A DNA stretch of 64,000 nucleotides from an uncultured Verrucomicrobiae bacterium (GTDB lineage Bacteria > Verrucomicrobiota > Verrucomicrobiia > Chthoniobacterales > UBA10450), in contig CAVSDR010000002.1 in NCBI GenBank assembly GCA_963726745.1, positions 224,001 through 288,000 on the forward strand, in the 5' to 3' direction. The notes beneath the pieces are model-generated. The model had not been told where the DNA came from. It searched no databases and was given only the letters and a program-made list of their open reading frames with translations. The stretch's first letter is position 1. Each line of letters begins with the position of its first letter. This document shows positions 20,715-30,335 of this stretch, piece after piece. A program made the translations under genes and the position numbers.

Positions 20715-21110
20715 CGGCTCAGGCTTAGAAAAGCCAGGGTCGAGCCCTCTCCGGCGCCGCGGCCACCCGGCCGACGATTGTGAGTTTGCGCGCCTGTCGG
20801 GCTCGTCGCCGTGGCCGCGCAGCTGTCATCAACGCGCTCCCGGTGTTCAGGCGGACACCGTAGGAATACGTATCATCGGTAGTCCCGATCAGCTCGTGGG
20901 CTTGCTGAAGCTATCTATCGGAGTTGAGCTAATATTTTTGACCGCTCGAATCGGTAAAGCAATCAATCGGCAACGTTTCTCCCACATCCAGACCGGTGAA
21001 GGTAAACGAGATGGTGACGGAGATGTAGGGCGGCGCGGGGATTTGTCCGGTGAAGTCGAGATCGATCATCAGGTCGCTCGCGGACGTTGAGCCCACCGGC
21101 ACGGTGTACT
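20715..21110 (-). pseudogene. Decayed PEP-CTERM-like gene remnant
   Basis: Minus strand reads YTVPVGS...IDLDFTGQIPAPPYISVTISFTFTG, then stops and shifts, and ends in an AAPE-GSTLAFLSL-like sorting motif. Confidence 0.45.
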
Positions 21111-21179
21111 ACGCGCGCGCTGGAGACGCTAGCCAGCCTGTTGTCAGACTGGGCTCGTCGAGCACAGGGCTTCCCCGGG

Positions 21180-21210
21180 AAAAAAAGAGCGGGACCATTT
21201 CTGGTCCCGC
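21180..21210 (-). terminator. Rho-independent terminator
   Basis: GCGGGACCA-TTTC-TGGTCCCGC stem with an A-run on the left (U-tract on minus), downstream of 21309-21992. Confidence 0.75.
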
Positions 21211-21308
21211 AGAAAGCTAACGGAGGTGAACGTTAAGTTTAGTTTGTTTTAAGTGGCCACCGAGCTTCGATTATGATTCAGCAGTCACTGTGCCAGCCGG
21301 GCGCGGAT

Positions 21309-21992
21309 TTAATCCGGATACTCGTCGGAGCCCTGCACCCAGAGGAAAGACTGGAGGTCGATCAGGTCGCGCGGACGCAGATCATGCAAGTCGCGCCGCA
21401 CCGTTCCGGCGAACGCCAGCAGCGCGGAGTAGGTCTCCCAATTCGGCTTCGAGCGATACGGCAGATCCAAGCCGTAAGCGGCCGCGGCGCGGCGCGTGAC
21501 CATCGGCTTAAGAAAGATGTGCTCGTTAGGTTGCGCGATGAAACCCCAGACGGTCACCAGCGGCCAGGTAAGGACGCGAGTTTGCCGGCGGGGCAGGGCG
21601 GCTACGACGGCGCACCAGCGCTCGAAGCGCTCCCGCATTTCGCCGCCCCCGTGGAGGAAATCATAGAGCCCCTCGGCAAACGCCTTGGCCCCCGCCGCGG
21701 GCTTGACCGCATCGCGCAGGGCCATCTTCTCGAAGGAGAAAATCATGCTGTGCCGCGATTGCTGTTCCACCCGCACGGCTTTCGCCGCGATCTCGGAAAA
21801 TTGGCGCGCGCGCAGGAGTCGGCGGAATTCCTCCTGGTTGAGCACCGCTTCCCAGCGCTCGTGCGTCTCCCACTTGTAGTCGCGTTCCCATTCCAGATAG
21901 GTCGGGTCGCGGAAGCCGCCCGGGAAATACCGGAGAAACTTCTTCCGCGCCCGGCCTGCCCCGGGGCTGGTCCCTGCCTCCCTCCGTCCCAT
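21309..21992 (-). CDS. Conserved hypothetical protein
   Basis: Coding-like ORF with FPGGF, ERDYKW, FLKP and C-terminal RDLIDLQSFLWV. Confidence 0.75.
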   Translation of the reverse strand: MGRREAGTSPGAGRARKKFLRYFPGGFRDPTYLEWERDYKWETHERWEAVLNQEEFRRLLRARQFSEIAAKAVRVEQQSRHSMIFSFEKMALRDAVKPAAGAKAFAEGLYDFLHGGGEMRERFERWCAVVAALPRRQTRVLTWPLVTVWGFIAQPNEHIFLKPMVTRRAAAAYGLDLPYRSKPNWETYSALLAFAGTVRRDLHDLRPRDLIDLQSFLWVQGSDEYPD

Positions 21993-22075
21993 GCCTTCTA
22001 TTCGCGCATGGACTGGCAGCCTGATGCCTCTTTTCCGAGGACGGGACCAGGACGGGTAGTCGTTAGCCGACCGGC

Positions 22076-22441
22076 TCAGTCCTGCGAAAGGACAAAGCGA
22101 TTCCCCTCGCTGTCCCGGAACATCGCATATGAGCCCCACGGTTCCTTCTTCGGCGGCCCGTCAAATTCGACTCCACGCCCTTGCAATTCGGCGTAGGTCC
22201 GGTCGAGATCGTCGCACGCATAGGAGAGGTTCATCATCGACCCGATCCGCTGCTCCTCGCCCTCGGCTGTGAAAAGCACCACCCGCGTCTCCGCCTTCGG
22301 CACCCGCAGCTCGATCCAGCGCTGCTTCTCGTCGAACGGTTGGTCGGTGATAATGGTGAACCCGAGCTTCTCCGTGTAAAAATCCAGTGCCCGATTCTGG
22401 TCGGCTACCGGGATGCTGATGAACTTGATTTGTTTGATCAT
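22076..22441 (-). CDS. VOC/glyoxalase family protein
   Basis: ALDFYTEKLGF and FRDSEGN. Confidence 0.9.
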   Translation of the reverse strand: MIKQIKFISIPVADQNRALDFYTEKLGFTIITDQPFDEKQRWIELRVPKAETRVVLFTAEGEEQRIGSMMNLSYACDDLDRTYAELQGRGVEFDGPPKKEPWGSYAMFRDSEGNRFVLSQD

Positions 22442-22496
22442 GGCAACCCAAGCGTAAGAGCCGCCTCGGACCCGCGTCCAGTGGCACCCGCTTAGC

Positions 22497-23365
22497 GTGC
22501 GCAGAAAGTGCTGTCCGTTTATCGGTATAGCATGCGAGGTCTGCGGGCACGCAACCGAGGTGCTGATGAACTAAATTTGATCAATTTGGCTGACCCTTGG
22601 GTCAGCGCTGTCTTTAGCGCATCACCTCGTGGGCAACCGCCCAAAGCGCGCAACGAAGGGGTCGCTTTATCGGGATGGCATACAAGGTCAACGATGCGGC
22701 CACGGGGCTTCTAGTGAATTGAGATTTTTCTTTGCGGATCGCGATCGACCGAAGAGTGCCTACACAGGGCCGGTGTTATGCGAGCGTCACATGTCCGAGC
22801 TAGGAGGGTAACGAGCCGCGGCGGCGGCCCAGAAGAACAGAGAGTTCGTCGGTCCTCGGATTAGACTGCTTCCTTTTCGCGGCCACTACGCGCTCTGAAA
22901 GCAATGTGCTTTGATCATGTCAATCTGCAGCAGCCTCCGCGAACTCGCGCTGCGGCACCCGCCTACGCGCGCACAAACTTCGCGAGAGTCGCCGATCGCC
23001 GTCGCCATCTATATCCTTCTTCGGGACGGGTTTTGAGCCGCCGGTCATGGCCACTCAGTCGCCAACAAAATTGATCCTTTGATCCGTAAGCCGTCGTTTA
23101 GCGGCTCCCGGAGAAGCTATCCTTTTAGCGGGATAGAGGTGAAGCCTCTGCTACAGCGACATCGAGGAGCTGCTGATCGAGCAAGGTACGAGCGGCTAGC
23201 ACCTCGGGTGCTGACGAACGAGATTCATCCGATCAGCGCAATCCGTGAGTCAGCTCATTGAAAAAGATCGAGGTATCCTCCGCCCTCGCACCTGCTGTCC
23301 GCGGCCAATCCTCACCTTGGGCGCGCACAAATGTGCTGTCCTTTTATCGGTATAGCATGCTAGGC
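22497..23365 (+). repeat. About 44-bp imperfect direct repeat pair (22497-22540 and 23321-23365)
   Basis: Shared core GTGCTGTCC(G/T)TTTATCGGTATAGCATGC. Confidence 0.85.
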
Positions 23366-23376
23366 CTTCGGTTGGT

Positions 23377-23721
23377 ATGTCGCGCTCTCGGGAAACGGTG
23401 CCGGTAGATGATTATGTGCTCGATGTGCTTATGCGCGATCTCGTAGGGCACGACCAGCAACCGGCGGCCTACCTCGTCTATCTTTACCTTTACGGGAAGG
23501 CGGCGCGCGATGGTTGGCGACCGTTTGGGATCAGCCTTCGGGCCCTGGCGGAGATGACCGGACTCTCGAAGAGCGCGGTGCAGAGCGCGCTGACTAATTT
23601 GCGCCGCCGCCAGCTGATCGAAACGACCAGCGCTCACGTGACCGCAGAGCAGCGCCACCGGGTCCTGCGGCACTGGCATAAGCCCGAGGCGCCGGCCCCG
23701 CGGGCCGTGCGGAAGCGTTGA
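23377..23721 (+). CDS. Winged-HTH protein
   Basis: SLRALAEMTGLSKSAVQSALTNLRRRQLI. Confidence 0.8.
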   Translation: MSRSRETVPVDDYVLDVLMRDLVGHDQQPAAYLVYLYLYGKAARDGWRPFGISLRALAEMTGLSKSAVQSALTNLRRRQLIETTSAHVTAEQRHRVLRHWHKPEAPAPRAVRKR

Positions 23722-23862
23722 CGCGGAGCCGGTCACCGGATCCTTAAAGACGGCGAGCGACGAGGCGAAGGTAACGACTGATCACGCGGACAGCTTCGAA
23801 GCGGTCGATGCTCTCGGTATCGCCTCCCGGTAAGGCGGCGGACTCGCACCGCGGACGACTCG

Positions 23863-25956
23863 TTAGCCGATCGCTGGCAGCCCGCCGGCCTGGAGCCGTT
23901 CGATCCGGCGCTCGAGGTCCGCGCGGCGAATCAAGTCCACCACCCGCACGCGTCCCGGCTCGAGGGCGAAGAGCAGGCGATATTTGTCGGCCACGCGCGC
24001 GCGCAGCACGCCAGGATAAGCCTTCAATTGTTTGACCCGCTCGAAGGCCTCCGGTTCGCCTGAGGCAATCCGGCCCATACGAGCCATCGCCGCACGACCG
24101 ACGTGGCGCGGGTAGCGGGACAGAGTTTCGGCAAAATCTTTCGGAAAATCGAGTAATCGCACGGGCTGGTTCCCCGCAACCGCAAAAGCTTCATCCCCCT
24201 CGTCGACAGCGAGGGGCACCTGGCTGCTGGCCTTGAGCGCTTCGTTCTCGCGGTGGCTCGCCTCCAGTGCGCGCCGCAGTTGCAGCCGCTCTTCGCCGCG
24301 CTCTTTTACCAGCGCGTCCAGCCGCTCGAGTTTCGCCTTGAGCTCGGCCCGTTCCTGGGTGGCGACTTGATGCGCGGAAGCGGTCACCTGCGCCCGCTCG
24401 CGCCGCTCGTGCCGGCGATGCAGCGCCAGCTCGCGCTCCAGGCGCGCCCGCTCTTCTTTCGCGCGGCGCAGCTCCGCGATCTTGCTGCTTAATTTATCCT
24501 GCGCGTCCTGCATCGCCGCGGTCTCCTGCTGGCGCGCCCGGCGCAAGGCGCGCTGGTCCATCCATTCGCTGAACGGCTCCTCCGGCGGAAGATTCAACTT
24601 CGCGCGCGCCTCCAGGATTCCCTCGAAAATCCCCGAGACATACTTCTCCTCCGCGATCGGGAGCAGACTGCGCGCAAAGACAATCGCGAGCGCGCGATAG
24701 GGCGAGTCGAGGACACACCACATGAGCCGCTGCAGTTCCTCATGGTCGCCGGACGCGAGCAGTCGGCGCGACTCGCTCTCCAGCGTTTCGAGGAACTGGG
24801 CCGGATCGTCGCCCACCAGGAGCAACCGGATGCCGGCATGCGCTTTTGTGCCCAGTGCTTCTTCGGCATTCGGGAAAACTTCAAGCAGCGCGCGGGCGAT
24901 GTCGGGCCGCCAGGCGGTGGAGACTTCTTCGAAAGTCTGGGACCAAACCCCATGCAGCCGCGGCGACACGCCGAAGTGCCGCAACGCCGCGATCGTCTTC
25001 TCGTATTGCTTCAGCACCAGCAGAACGGAGAGGAACTGCACCTGAAGCTCCGGCGGCACCCGGGCGGGATCGATCTGGGCCGCCGACAGCCCCATTGCCT
25101 CCAACTGCGCGGCGGTTAGCGGGGTGACGGCGTGGGGCGCAATCTCCTGCCGCGTGACTCCCGGCAACGCGGAGGAAAAGCGAAGGCGCTCGCGGTCCTG
25201 CGAGGCGCAACAATGCTTGTATTTCTTCCCGCTGCCGCACCGGCACACTTCGTTGCGGCCGATCCGCTCCACTGCGCGCCGCTGCGGCTGCCGGCCGCGG
25301 TATTCGCACGGCATCTTTTCATAAACGAATTTTTCGTAGGGCCCTTCCAGGAGCGCGAACATCCGGCGCAATCGCTCGCGAGACGCCGCCGGCGGCAACG
25401 GCGCCGCCACCTGCACCCGCGCGCGTCCGCACTCCGCCGCCAGCAAGCTCGCGAGATTCTGTAAGATGAGCTGCGTTGCCGCCTCGCGCGTTTTCTCTTT
25501 TGCGAGCTCGTTCGCAAGTTGCAGGATCTTCGTGGGCCACGCCTCCTCTGGGCGATGCTTTTGCCACCAGGCTGCAGCCACGAACAAGGCCAGCGCGCGC
25601 ATTTCCGCGCGGTTATAGACGACATTTTCCAGGCCGCGCAAAAGCTCCGCAGTGACGTCGCCCTCCATCCGCCACGCCACCCAGGCCAGATTCCAGGGCC
25701 CCTCCCGCAGGGCCATCGCCGCCGGAATGAGAGCCGCCGGCAGGATGCGCCCGCTCAGGGCCGCGGCGGAGAAAAGCATCCGGAACGCACCCTCCTCCAG
25801 CGCCTCGCCGGCCCACGCGAGCCAGCGGTGCAGCACCGCATCTTCGGCCGGGAGGAACGCAGCGAGCTGCCGCAGGCCGGGACGATCGTAATTCCCGGCA
25901 TCGATCAGCTCGCGCACTTCGTCTGGCAGGACGCGCTCTTGGAGGTCAGCGACCAT
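23863..25956 (-). CDS. SEC-C motif + coiled coil + C-terminal RelE/ParE-like domain protein
   Basis: GRNEVCRCGSGKKYKHCC; E/R/L-rich helical segment; LRARVADKYRLLF...VRVVDLIRR. Confidence 0.75.
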   Translation of the reverse strand: MVADLQERVLPDEVRELIDAGNYDRPGLRQLAAFLPAEDAVLHRWLAWAGEALEEGAFRMLFSAAALSGRILPAALIPAAMALREGPWNLAWVAWRMEGDVTAELLRGLENVVYNRAEMRALALFVAAAWWQKHRPEEAWPTKILQLANELAKEKTREAATQLILQNLASLLAAECGRARVQVAAPLPPAASRERLRRMFALLEGPYEKFVYEKMPCEYRGRQPQRRAVERIGRNEVCRCGSGKKYKHCCASQDRERLRFSSALPGVTRQEIAPHAVTPLTAAQLEAMGLSAAQIDPARVPPELQVQFLSVLLVLKQYEKTIAALRHFGVSPRLHGVWSQTFEEVSTAWRPDIARALLEVFPNAEEALGTKAHAGIRLLLVGDDPAQFLETLESESRRLLASGDHEELQRLMWCVLDSPYRALAIVFARSLLPIAEEKYVSGIFEGILEARAKLNLPPEEPFSEWMDQRALRRARQQETAAMQDAQDKLSSKIAELRRAKEERARLERELALHRRHERRERAQVTASAHQVATQERAELKAKLERLDALVKERGEERLQLRRALEASHRENEALKASSQVPLAVDEGDEAFAVAGNQPVRLLDFPKDFAETLSRYPRHVGRAAMARMGRIASGEPEAFERVKQLKAYPGVLRARVADKYRLLFALEPGRVRVVDLIRRADLERRIERLQAGGLPAIG

Positions 25957-26134
25957 GCTTACTTCTCAGCAAGACCGAGGCCACGGAGGAGGGGAGGGGT
26001 CGCGGACGGTAATTTTGTTTCGCCTTCGGACAGCGCGCAGATCGTCCGTTAGGCTGGCCCGTCCGCGCTGGCCCGCAGCTTAAGCGAAAGGCACATCTGC
26101 CTCCGGAACGGCGGACGATCTAACATAGAAGGTA

Positions 26135-26338
26135 ATGAAGACGACCACCCTGACCTTCCCGGAGTTAATCCTGATCGCCGCGACGCGTGGGATGCTCGGG
26201 GCGGGAATCGCGTTGCTCATCTCGAAACGCCTCAGTGAGGAGCAGCGCGTCACGGCCGGCATTCTCCTCACGGCGATCGGCGCCCTATCTACCGTGCCGC
26301 TGGTGCTGGAAGCGGTCGGCAAAAGCGAGAACACCTAG
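26135..26338 (+). CDS. Small two-TM membrane protein
   Basis: ATRGMLGAGIALL...GALSTVPL; AAGG upstream. Confidence 0.75.
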   Translation: MKTTTLTFPELILIAATRGMLGAGIALLISKRLSEEQRVTAGILLTAIGALSTVPLVLEAVGKSENT

Positions 26339-26457
26339 CGAGCGGCGGGCATTGGGCCGCGCGTGCCTCCTAGCTGGATCTTCGGGGTCCACTGCGCCTC
26401 CGCGGTCGAGCAAGGCAGCTTGACATCGCCCGCACCGAGCAGCGACAAAGGCGACCC

Positions 26458-27963
26458 ATGGCTCCACGCAAACGTCTTTTCTCCGCGGCGCCGGAGGGGA
26501 CGGCGGTGCTCTTCTTCATCCAGATCTTCGCGACCCTCGGGTTCGCGGTGCTTTACTCGACCCTGGTTCTTTACGCGACGAAGCATCTGCAATTCTCCGC
26601 GAAAGAAGCGACCACCTTGATGGGCGTCTTCGGTGCTTTTAACTACGGCCTGCATCTCTTTGGCGGCTACCTCGGCGGGCGCTTCCTTTCGAACCGGAAT
26701 CTTTTTGTCGGCGGGATGGCCGCGCAGGTCATCGGGTGCGGGCTGATCGCGCTCGGGACCACCGCGATGTTCTACCTCGGCCTGGCCTTCTTCCTCACCG
26801 GCAGCGGGCTCAATGTCACCTGCATCAACATGATGCTGACGCAGCGTTTCGCCCCGGAAGATCCGCGGCGCGAAGGAGCCTTCCTCTGGAACTACGCGGG
26901 GATGAACGTTGGCTTCTTCGTCGGCTTCAGCGGCGCCGGGTACTTCCAGGGCACCGAGAGTTACATCGCCTTGTTCCTTTTCGCCACCGTCGGGAACCTC
27001 ATCGCCATCGTGCTCGCCTGGTTTTCCTGGCAAACCCTGGCCGACCGGAACACGCCCTTACTCGAGAAAACCCCGAGCCAGTTCCAGCTTCGGCTGGTCG
27101 CCGGCATCGCCATTGTCATCGGGCTGGTGCCAGTCGTGTGGTTCCTGCTCCAGCGGCCGGACGGCACCGGCACGCTGGTTAAAGCCATCTGCGGCGCGGT
27201 CGCCTTGACCCTGGTCTACCTAACGATTCGTCACCCGGATCGGCGCGAGCGGCGGAATATGACCGCTTACCTCATCCTCGCCGTCGGCTCGCTCGTCTTT
27301 TGGTCGCTTTACCAGATGGCGCCAAGCGGCCTCATGCTCTTCGCGGTGCACAATGTCGACCTCATCATCGGCGGAGTGGAGATCCAGCCGCAGTGGATCC
27401 AGAACATCAACACCGTCTGCATCGTCGTCGGCGGTCCGCTCCTTGCCGCCTGGTTCACCCGGATGCGTGGACGCGGCTGGCGGATCGATATTCCGCAGCA
27501 GTTCGCCACCTCGCTCCTGCTCATGGCCCTCGGCTTTCTCCTCCTCCCGTTAGGCATCAAGCTCGCCGGGCTCGATGGCCGCAGCGCCTTCGTCTGGCTC
27601 TTCGGGAGCTATGTCCTGCAAAGCATCGCCGAGCTGCTCATCTCGCCGATTGGTTATGCCATGATCGGCAAGCTCGCCCCGCGCCAATACCAGGGCGTGA
27701 TGATGGGCAGCTGGATGCTCGTCACCGGCCTCGCTTCACTTTTTGCCGGCGACTTCTCCGGCATGATCCCCGAGCCCGCCGGCACCACCGCCGCCGCGAC
27801 CAACCCCGAGTATGTGAAACTCTTCGGCGCCCTCGGCCTGGGTGCGCTCGCCGTCGGGATCGCGCTTATCATCCTCATCCCATTCCTCCGCCGCCTCATC
27901 ACCGATAAAGCCCAGCTCCCGCCCGAAACGCTGGAGGCGACCACCGTCGTCCCGGTGACGTGA
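26458..27963 (+). CDS. POT/PTR-family peptide:H+ symporter
   Basis: F..NYAGMNVG, QNINT, AELLISPIG; many TM helices. Confidence 0.85.
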   Translation: MAPRKRLFSAAPEGTAVLFFIQIFATLGFAVLYSTLVLYATKHLQFSAKEATTLMGVFGAFNYGLHLFGGYLGGRFLSNRNLFVGGMAAQVIGCGLIALGTTAMFYLGLAFFLTGSGLNVTCINMMLTQRFAPEDPRREGAFLWNYAGMNVGFFVGFSGAGYFQGTESYIALFLFATVGNLIAIVLAWFSWQTLADRNTPLLEKTPSQFQLRLVAGIAIVIGLVPVVWFLLQRPDGTGTLVKAICGAVALTLVYLTIRHPDRRERRNMTAYLILAVGSLVFWSLYQMAPSGLMLFAVHNVDLIIGGVEIQPQWIQNINTVCIVVGGPLLAAWFTRMRGRGWRIDIPQQFATSLLLMALGFLLLPLGIKLAGLDGRSAFVWLFGSYVLQSIAELLISPIGYAMIGKLAPRQYQGVMMGSWMLVTGLASLFAGDFSGMIPEPAGTTAAATNPEYVKLFGALGLGALAVGIALIILIPFLRRLITDKAQLPPETLEATTVVPVT

Positions 27964-28011
27964 AGGCCGTTAACCTAACGACAAGTTCTTAGCCACGGAT
28001 GGGGAGAGGAC

Positions 28012-28244
28012 TGAATCAGGAAAGCAGGAAAAAAGGAAGGGCCGCATCCAGATCACCATTCCTGCTTTCCTCCTTTCCTGATTCAAATCTCCCTTTCTGG
28101 CTTCCTGGTTTCCAAATTCAATCTCCCCGGGCCAGCATCGCCGCGTATCCCACCTCGGTGAACCAAAGCCACAGCCTTTTCCTGCGTTCCTCCTTTCCTG
28201 ATTCAAATCTTCCCTTTCCGGCTTCCTGATTTCCAAATTTAATC
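28012..28244. repeat. Purine/pyrimidine-skewed inverted + direct repeat element between convergent genes
   Basis: TGAATCAGGAAAGCAGGAA arm pairs with TTCCT...TTTCCTGATTCA; ~65-bp direct repeat at 28059-28123 and 28179-28244. Confidence 0.85.
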
Positions 28245-28254
28245 CTTCGGAATC

Positions 28255-28735
28255 CTAGCCCGCAGCCGCCTGTTCCAGCCGGGCGAAGTCCAGCTTCTCC
28301 ATCTGCCAGACCTGCGCGGTCACGCGCTGCACCCGCGCCGGATCTTTCCCGTCCAACCAGTCCCAGATCGGCGCCGGCACGATCTGCCACGGCAGGCCAA
28401 ACTTATCCCGGAGCCAGCCGCATTGAATCTGCTCGCCGCCATCCGCACTGAGCTTCTCCCAGAAGTAATCGATCTCCTCCTGCCCAGTCGCAGTTCACCA
28501 CCAGCGAGACCGCGTTCGTAAACGGAAAGCCCGGCCCGCCATTCAAGGCCACGAACTGCTGGCCCTTTAACTCAAAGGCGATCGTCATCACGGTGCCCGG
28601 CTTATTGTCCCCGGGCGATCCCTCCGGGAAGCGCGCGGTGCTATGAATCTTCCCATCCCGAAAGACCGAGAGGTAAAACTCGACCGCTTCCTCCGCGTTC
28701 CCATCAAACCAAAGAAAAGGCGTGATCTTTTGCAT
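28255..28735 (-). CDS. VOC family (PhnB-like) protein; frameshift near 28485
   Basis: MQKITPFLWFDGNAEEAVEFY, ALNGGP, CGWLRDKFGLPWQ. Confidence 0.9.
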
Positions 28736-28843
28736 GGGGAAAGCATGACCGTCGCCCGCACTCCGAAGCAACCCGGTGAAGGGCGCCGTACGCGTTTGGG
28801 CGTATGGTCGATCTCTGGCCCGCCCGCCAGACTCCGCCGCATC

Positions 28844-29185
28844 ATGCGTCGGCAGAAATCGCGTCCTCCCGGCCAGCCGCCTGCGAAGACCCCTGCGTCT
28901 TCCGGCGTGCGCTACGATCCGGATGAGCCGGCGGCGTCGGCTCCTGCGCTCACCGTGCGTGAGGAAGAGATCTGCTTCTGGGTGGTGCGCGGAAAGGAGA
29001 ACGAGGAGATCGCCCGCATCCTCGATGGCAACGCGGAGACCGTCCGCAAGCATGTCGAAAATATCCGCGAAAAGTTCAAGGTAGAATCGCGGCTGGCGCT
29101 CCTCGCCGCCTATTGGCAGCGCGAGGTGGACCGGCGCGACCGGCGCATCGCCGAGCTCGAGCGGCGTTTGAAAGGGCAGGGGTAA
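28844..29185 (+). CDS. Stand-alone LuxR-type HTH protein with coiled-coil tail
   Basis: LTVREEEICFWVVRGKENEEIARIL...ETVRKHVENIREKFKVESR; start uncertain. Confidence 0.85.
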   Translation: MRRQKSRPPGQPPAKTPASSGVRYDPDEPAASAPALTVREEEICFWVVRGKENEEIARILDGNAETVRKHVENIREKFKVESRLALLAAYWQREVDRRDRRIAELERRLKGQG

Positions 29186-29196
29186 TGCCGACCACG

Positions 29197-29449
29197 CCGC
29201 GCGTCTCCAGCATCGCCGCGCGCGCCGGAATGTCCGCTGCGCGCGCCGCGAGCTTCCCCACGCACGCGCCGGACTTCCCCACGCGCGCTGCCGCTCTCGC
29301 CGCGCCGCGCGCCGAACATCCCGGCGCACGCGTCCAGCTTTCCCGCGCCCGCACCGAAGGTCGCGGCGCACGCCGCCAGCTTCCCCGCGCACGCGGCGAG
29401 CTTCCCCACGCGCGCGTCCGCCTTTGCGGCGTGCGCCGCGACGCCTCCG
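29197..29449. repeat. Degenerate 21-bp tandem array, 12 units
   Basis: Consensus about RCGCRCGC-N7-TTYSCS; one unit is 22 bp. Confidence 0.9.
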
Positions 29450-29503
29450 ATCCTCCGTTTTCGCAGTGAACCCTAGATAGAAACAGCAACACCCACCCAA
29501 ACC

Positions 29504-30202
29504 ATGGCAAAAACCACCTACCTCGTGGCGAGCGATGACGGCTTCGCCCATCAACTCCAAACCTTCAAGGGCGCCATCGGCGCCTACGCCACCACCCTCG
29601 GCCTCCCCGCCGCGCAAGTGACGGCGCAGGCGGCCGATGCCGATTACTTCAGCTACGTGCTCGCCTGCCAAAAGCTGATGCAGAACGGCGCCAAACAATG
29701 GACCGCCTGGAAAGACCTCGAGCGCGCCGGGGGCGACCCGCCCAGCACCGGCACCCCGGTCGCGCCCGTCTTCCCCGCCGCCGTCCCGCCGGTCGCGCCG
29801 GGCATCGAGCCGCGCTTCCGCGCGCTGGTCAAACAGATCAAGGCCAACGCCAACTACAACGACGCCATCGGCCAGGCCCTCGGCATCGAAGGCTCCGAGC
29901 AAACCGGGCCCGACTACGCCACCCTCGCGCCCAGCCTGCAGGCACGGCTCAGCGGCGGCCAGGTCACGATCGATTGGGGCTGGCAAGGCTACAGCCAGTT
30001 CCTCGACCAATGCGAACTGCAGGTCGACCGCGGCGACGACAAAGGCTTCGCCTTGCTCGCGATCGACACCACCCCCGGCTACACCGACACCCAGCCCGCC
30101 CCCGCCGCGCCCGCGAAGTGGACCTACAAAGCCATCTACCGCGTCGGCGACCAGCGCGTCGGCCAATGGAGCGCGCCGGTGAGTGTGACCGTCGGCGGCT
30201 GA
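29504..30202 (+). CDS. Uncharacterised protein: helical N-terminal part + Ig/FN3-like C-terminal domain
   Basis: Strong GC3 bias; C-terminal WTYKAIY...GQWSAPVSVTV. Confidence 0.8.
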   Translation: MAKTTYLVASDDGFAHQLQTFKGAIGAYATTLGLPAAQVTAQAADADYFSYVLACQKLMQNGAKQWTAWKDLERAGGDPPSTGTPVAPVFPAAVPPVAPGIEPRFRALVKQIKANANYNDAIGQALGIEGSEQTGPDYATLAPSLQARLSGGQVTIDWGWQGYSQFLDQCELQVDRGDDKGFALLAIDTTPGYTDTQPAPAAPAKWTYKAIYRVGDQRVGQWSAPVSVTVGG

Positions 30203-30230
30203 TCGGCTAACCGAGAATCAAACGAACCAG

Positions 30231-30261
30231 GCGGCCGGATGGGAAACGTCCGGCCGCTTTT
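30231..30261 (+). terminator. Rho-independent terminator
   Basis: GCGGCCGGAT...GTCCGGCCGC followed by TTTT. Confidence 0.75.
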
Positions 30262-30335
30262 GCACGGCGCGGACGTCGTGCCCCACGCGAAAGTTTCTAG
30301 TAAGCCGAGAACATCTCGCTAAATGACAAGCGAGG

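Noticed and set aside
29197..29449. CRISPR array
   Set aside because: 21-bp period, degenerate repeats, no 25-45-bp unique spacers and no cas genes
28403..30166. 587-aa minus-strand ORF
   Set aside because: Antisense shadow of the GC3-rich 29504 gene and the array, running in frame into the VOC gene
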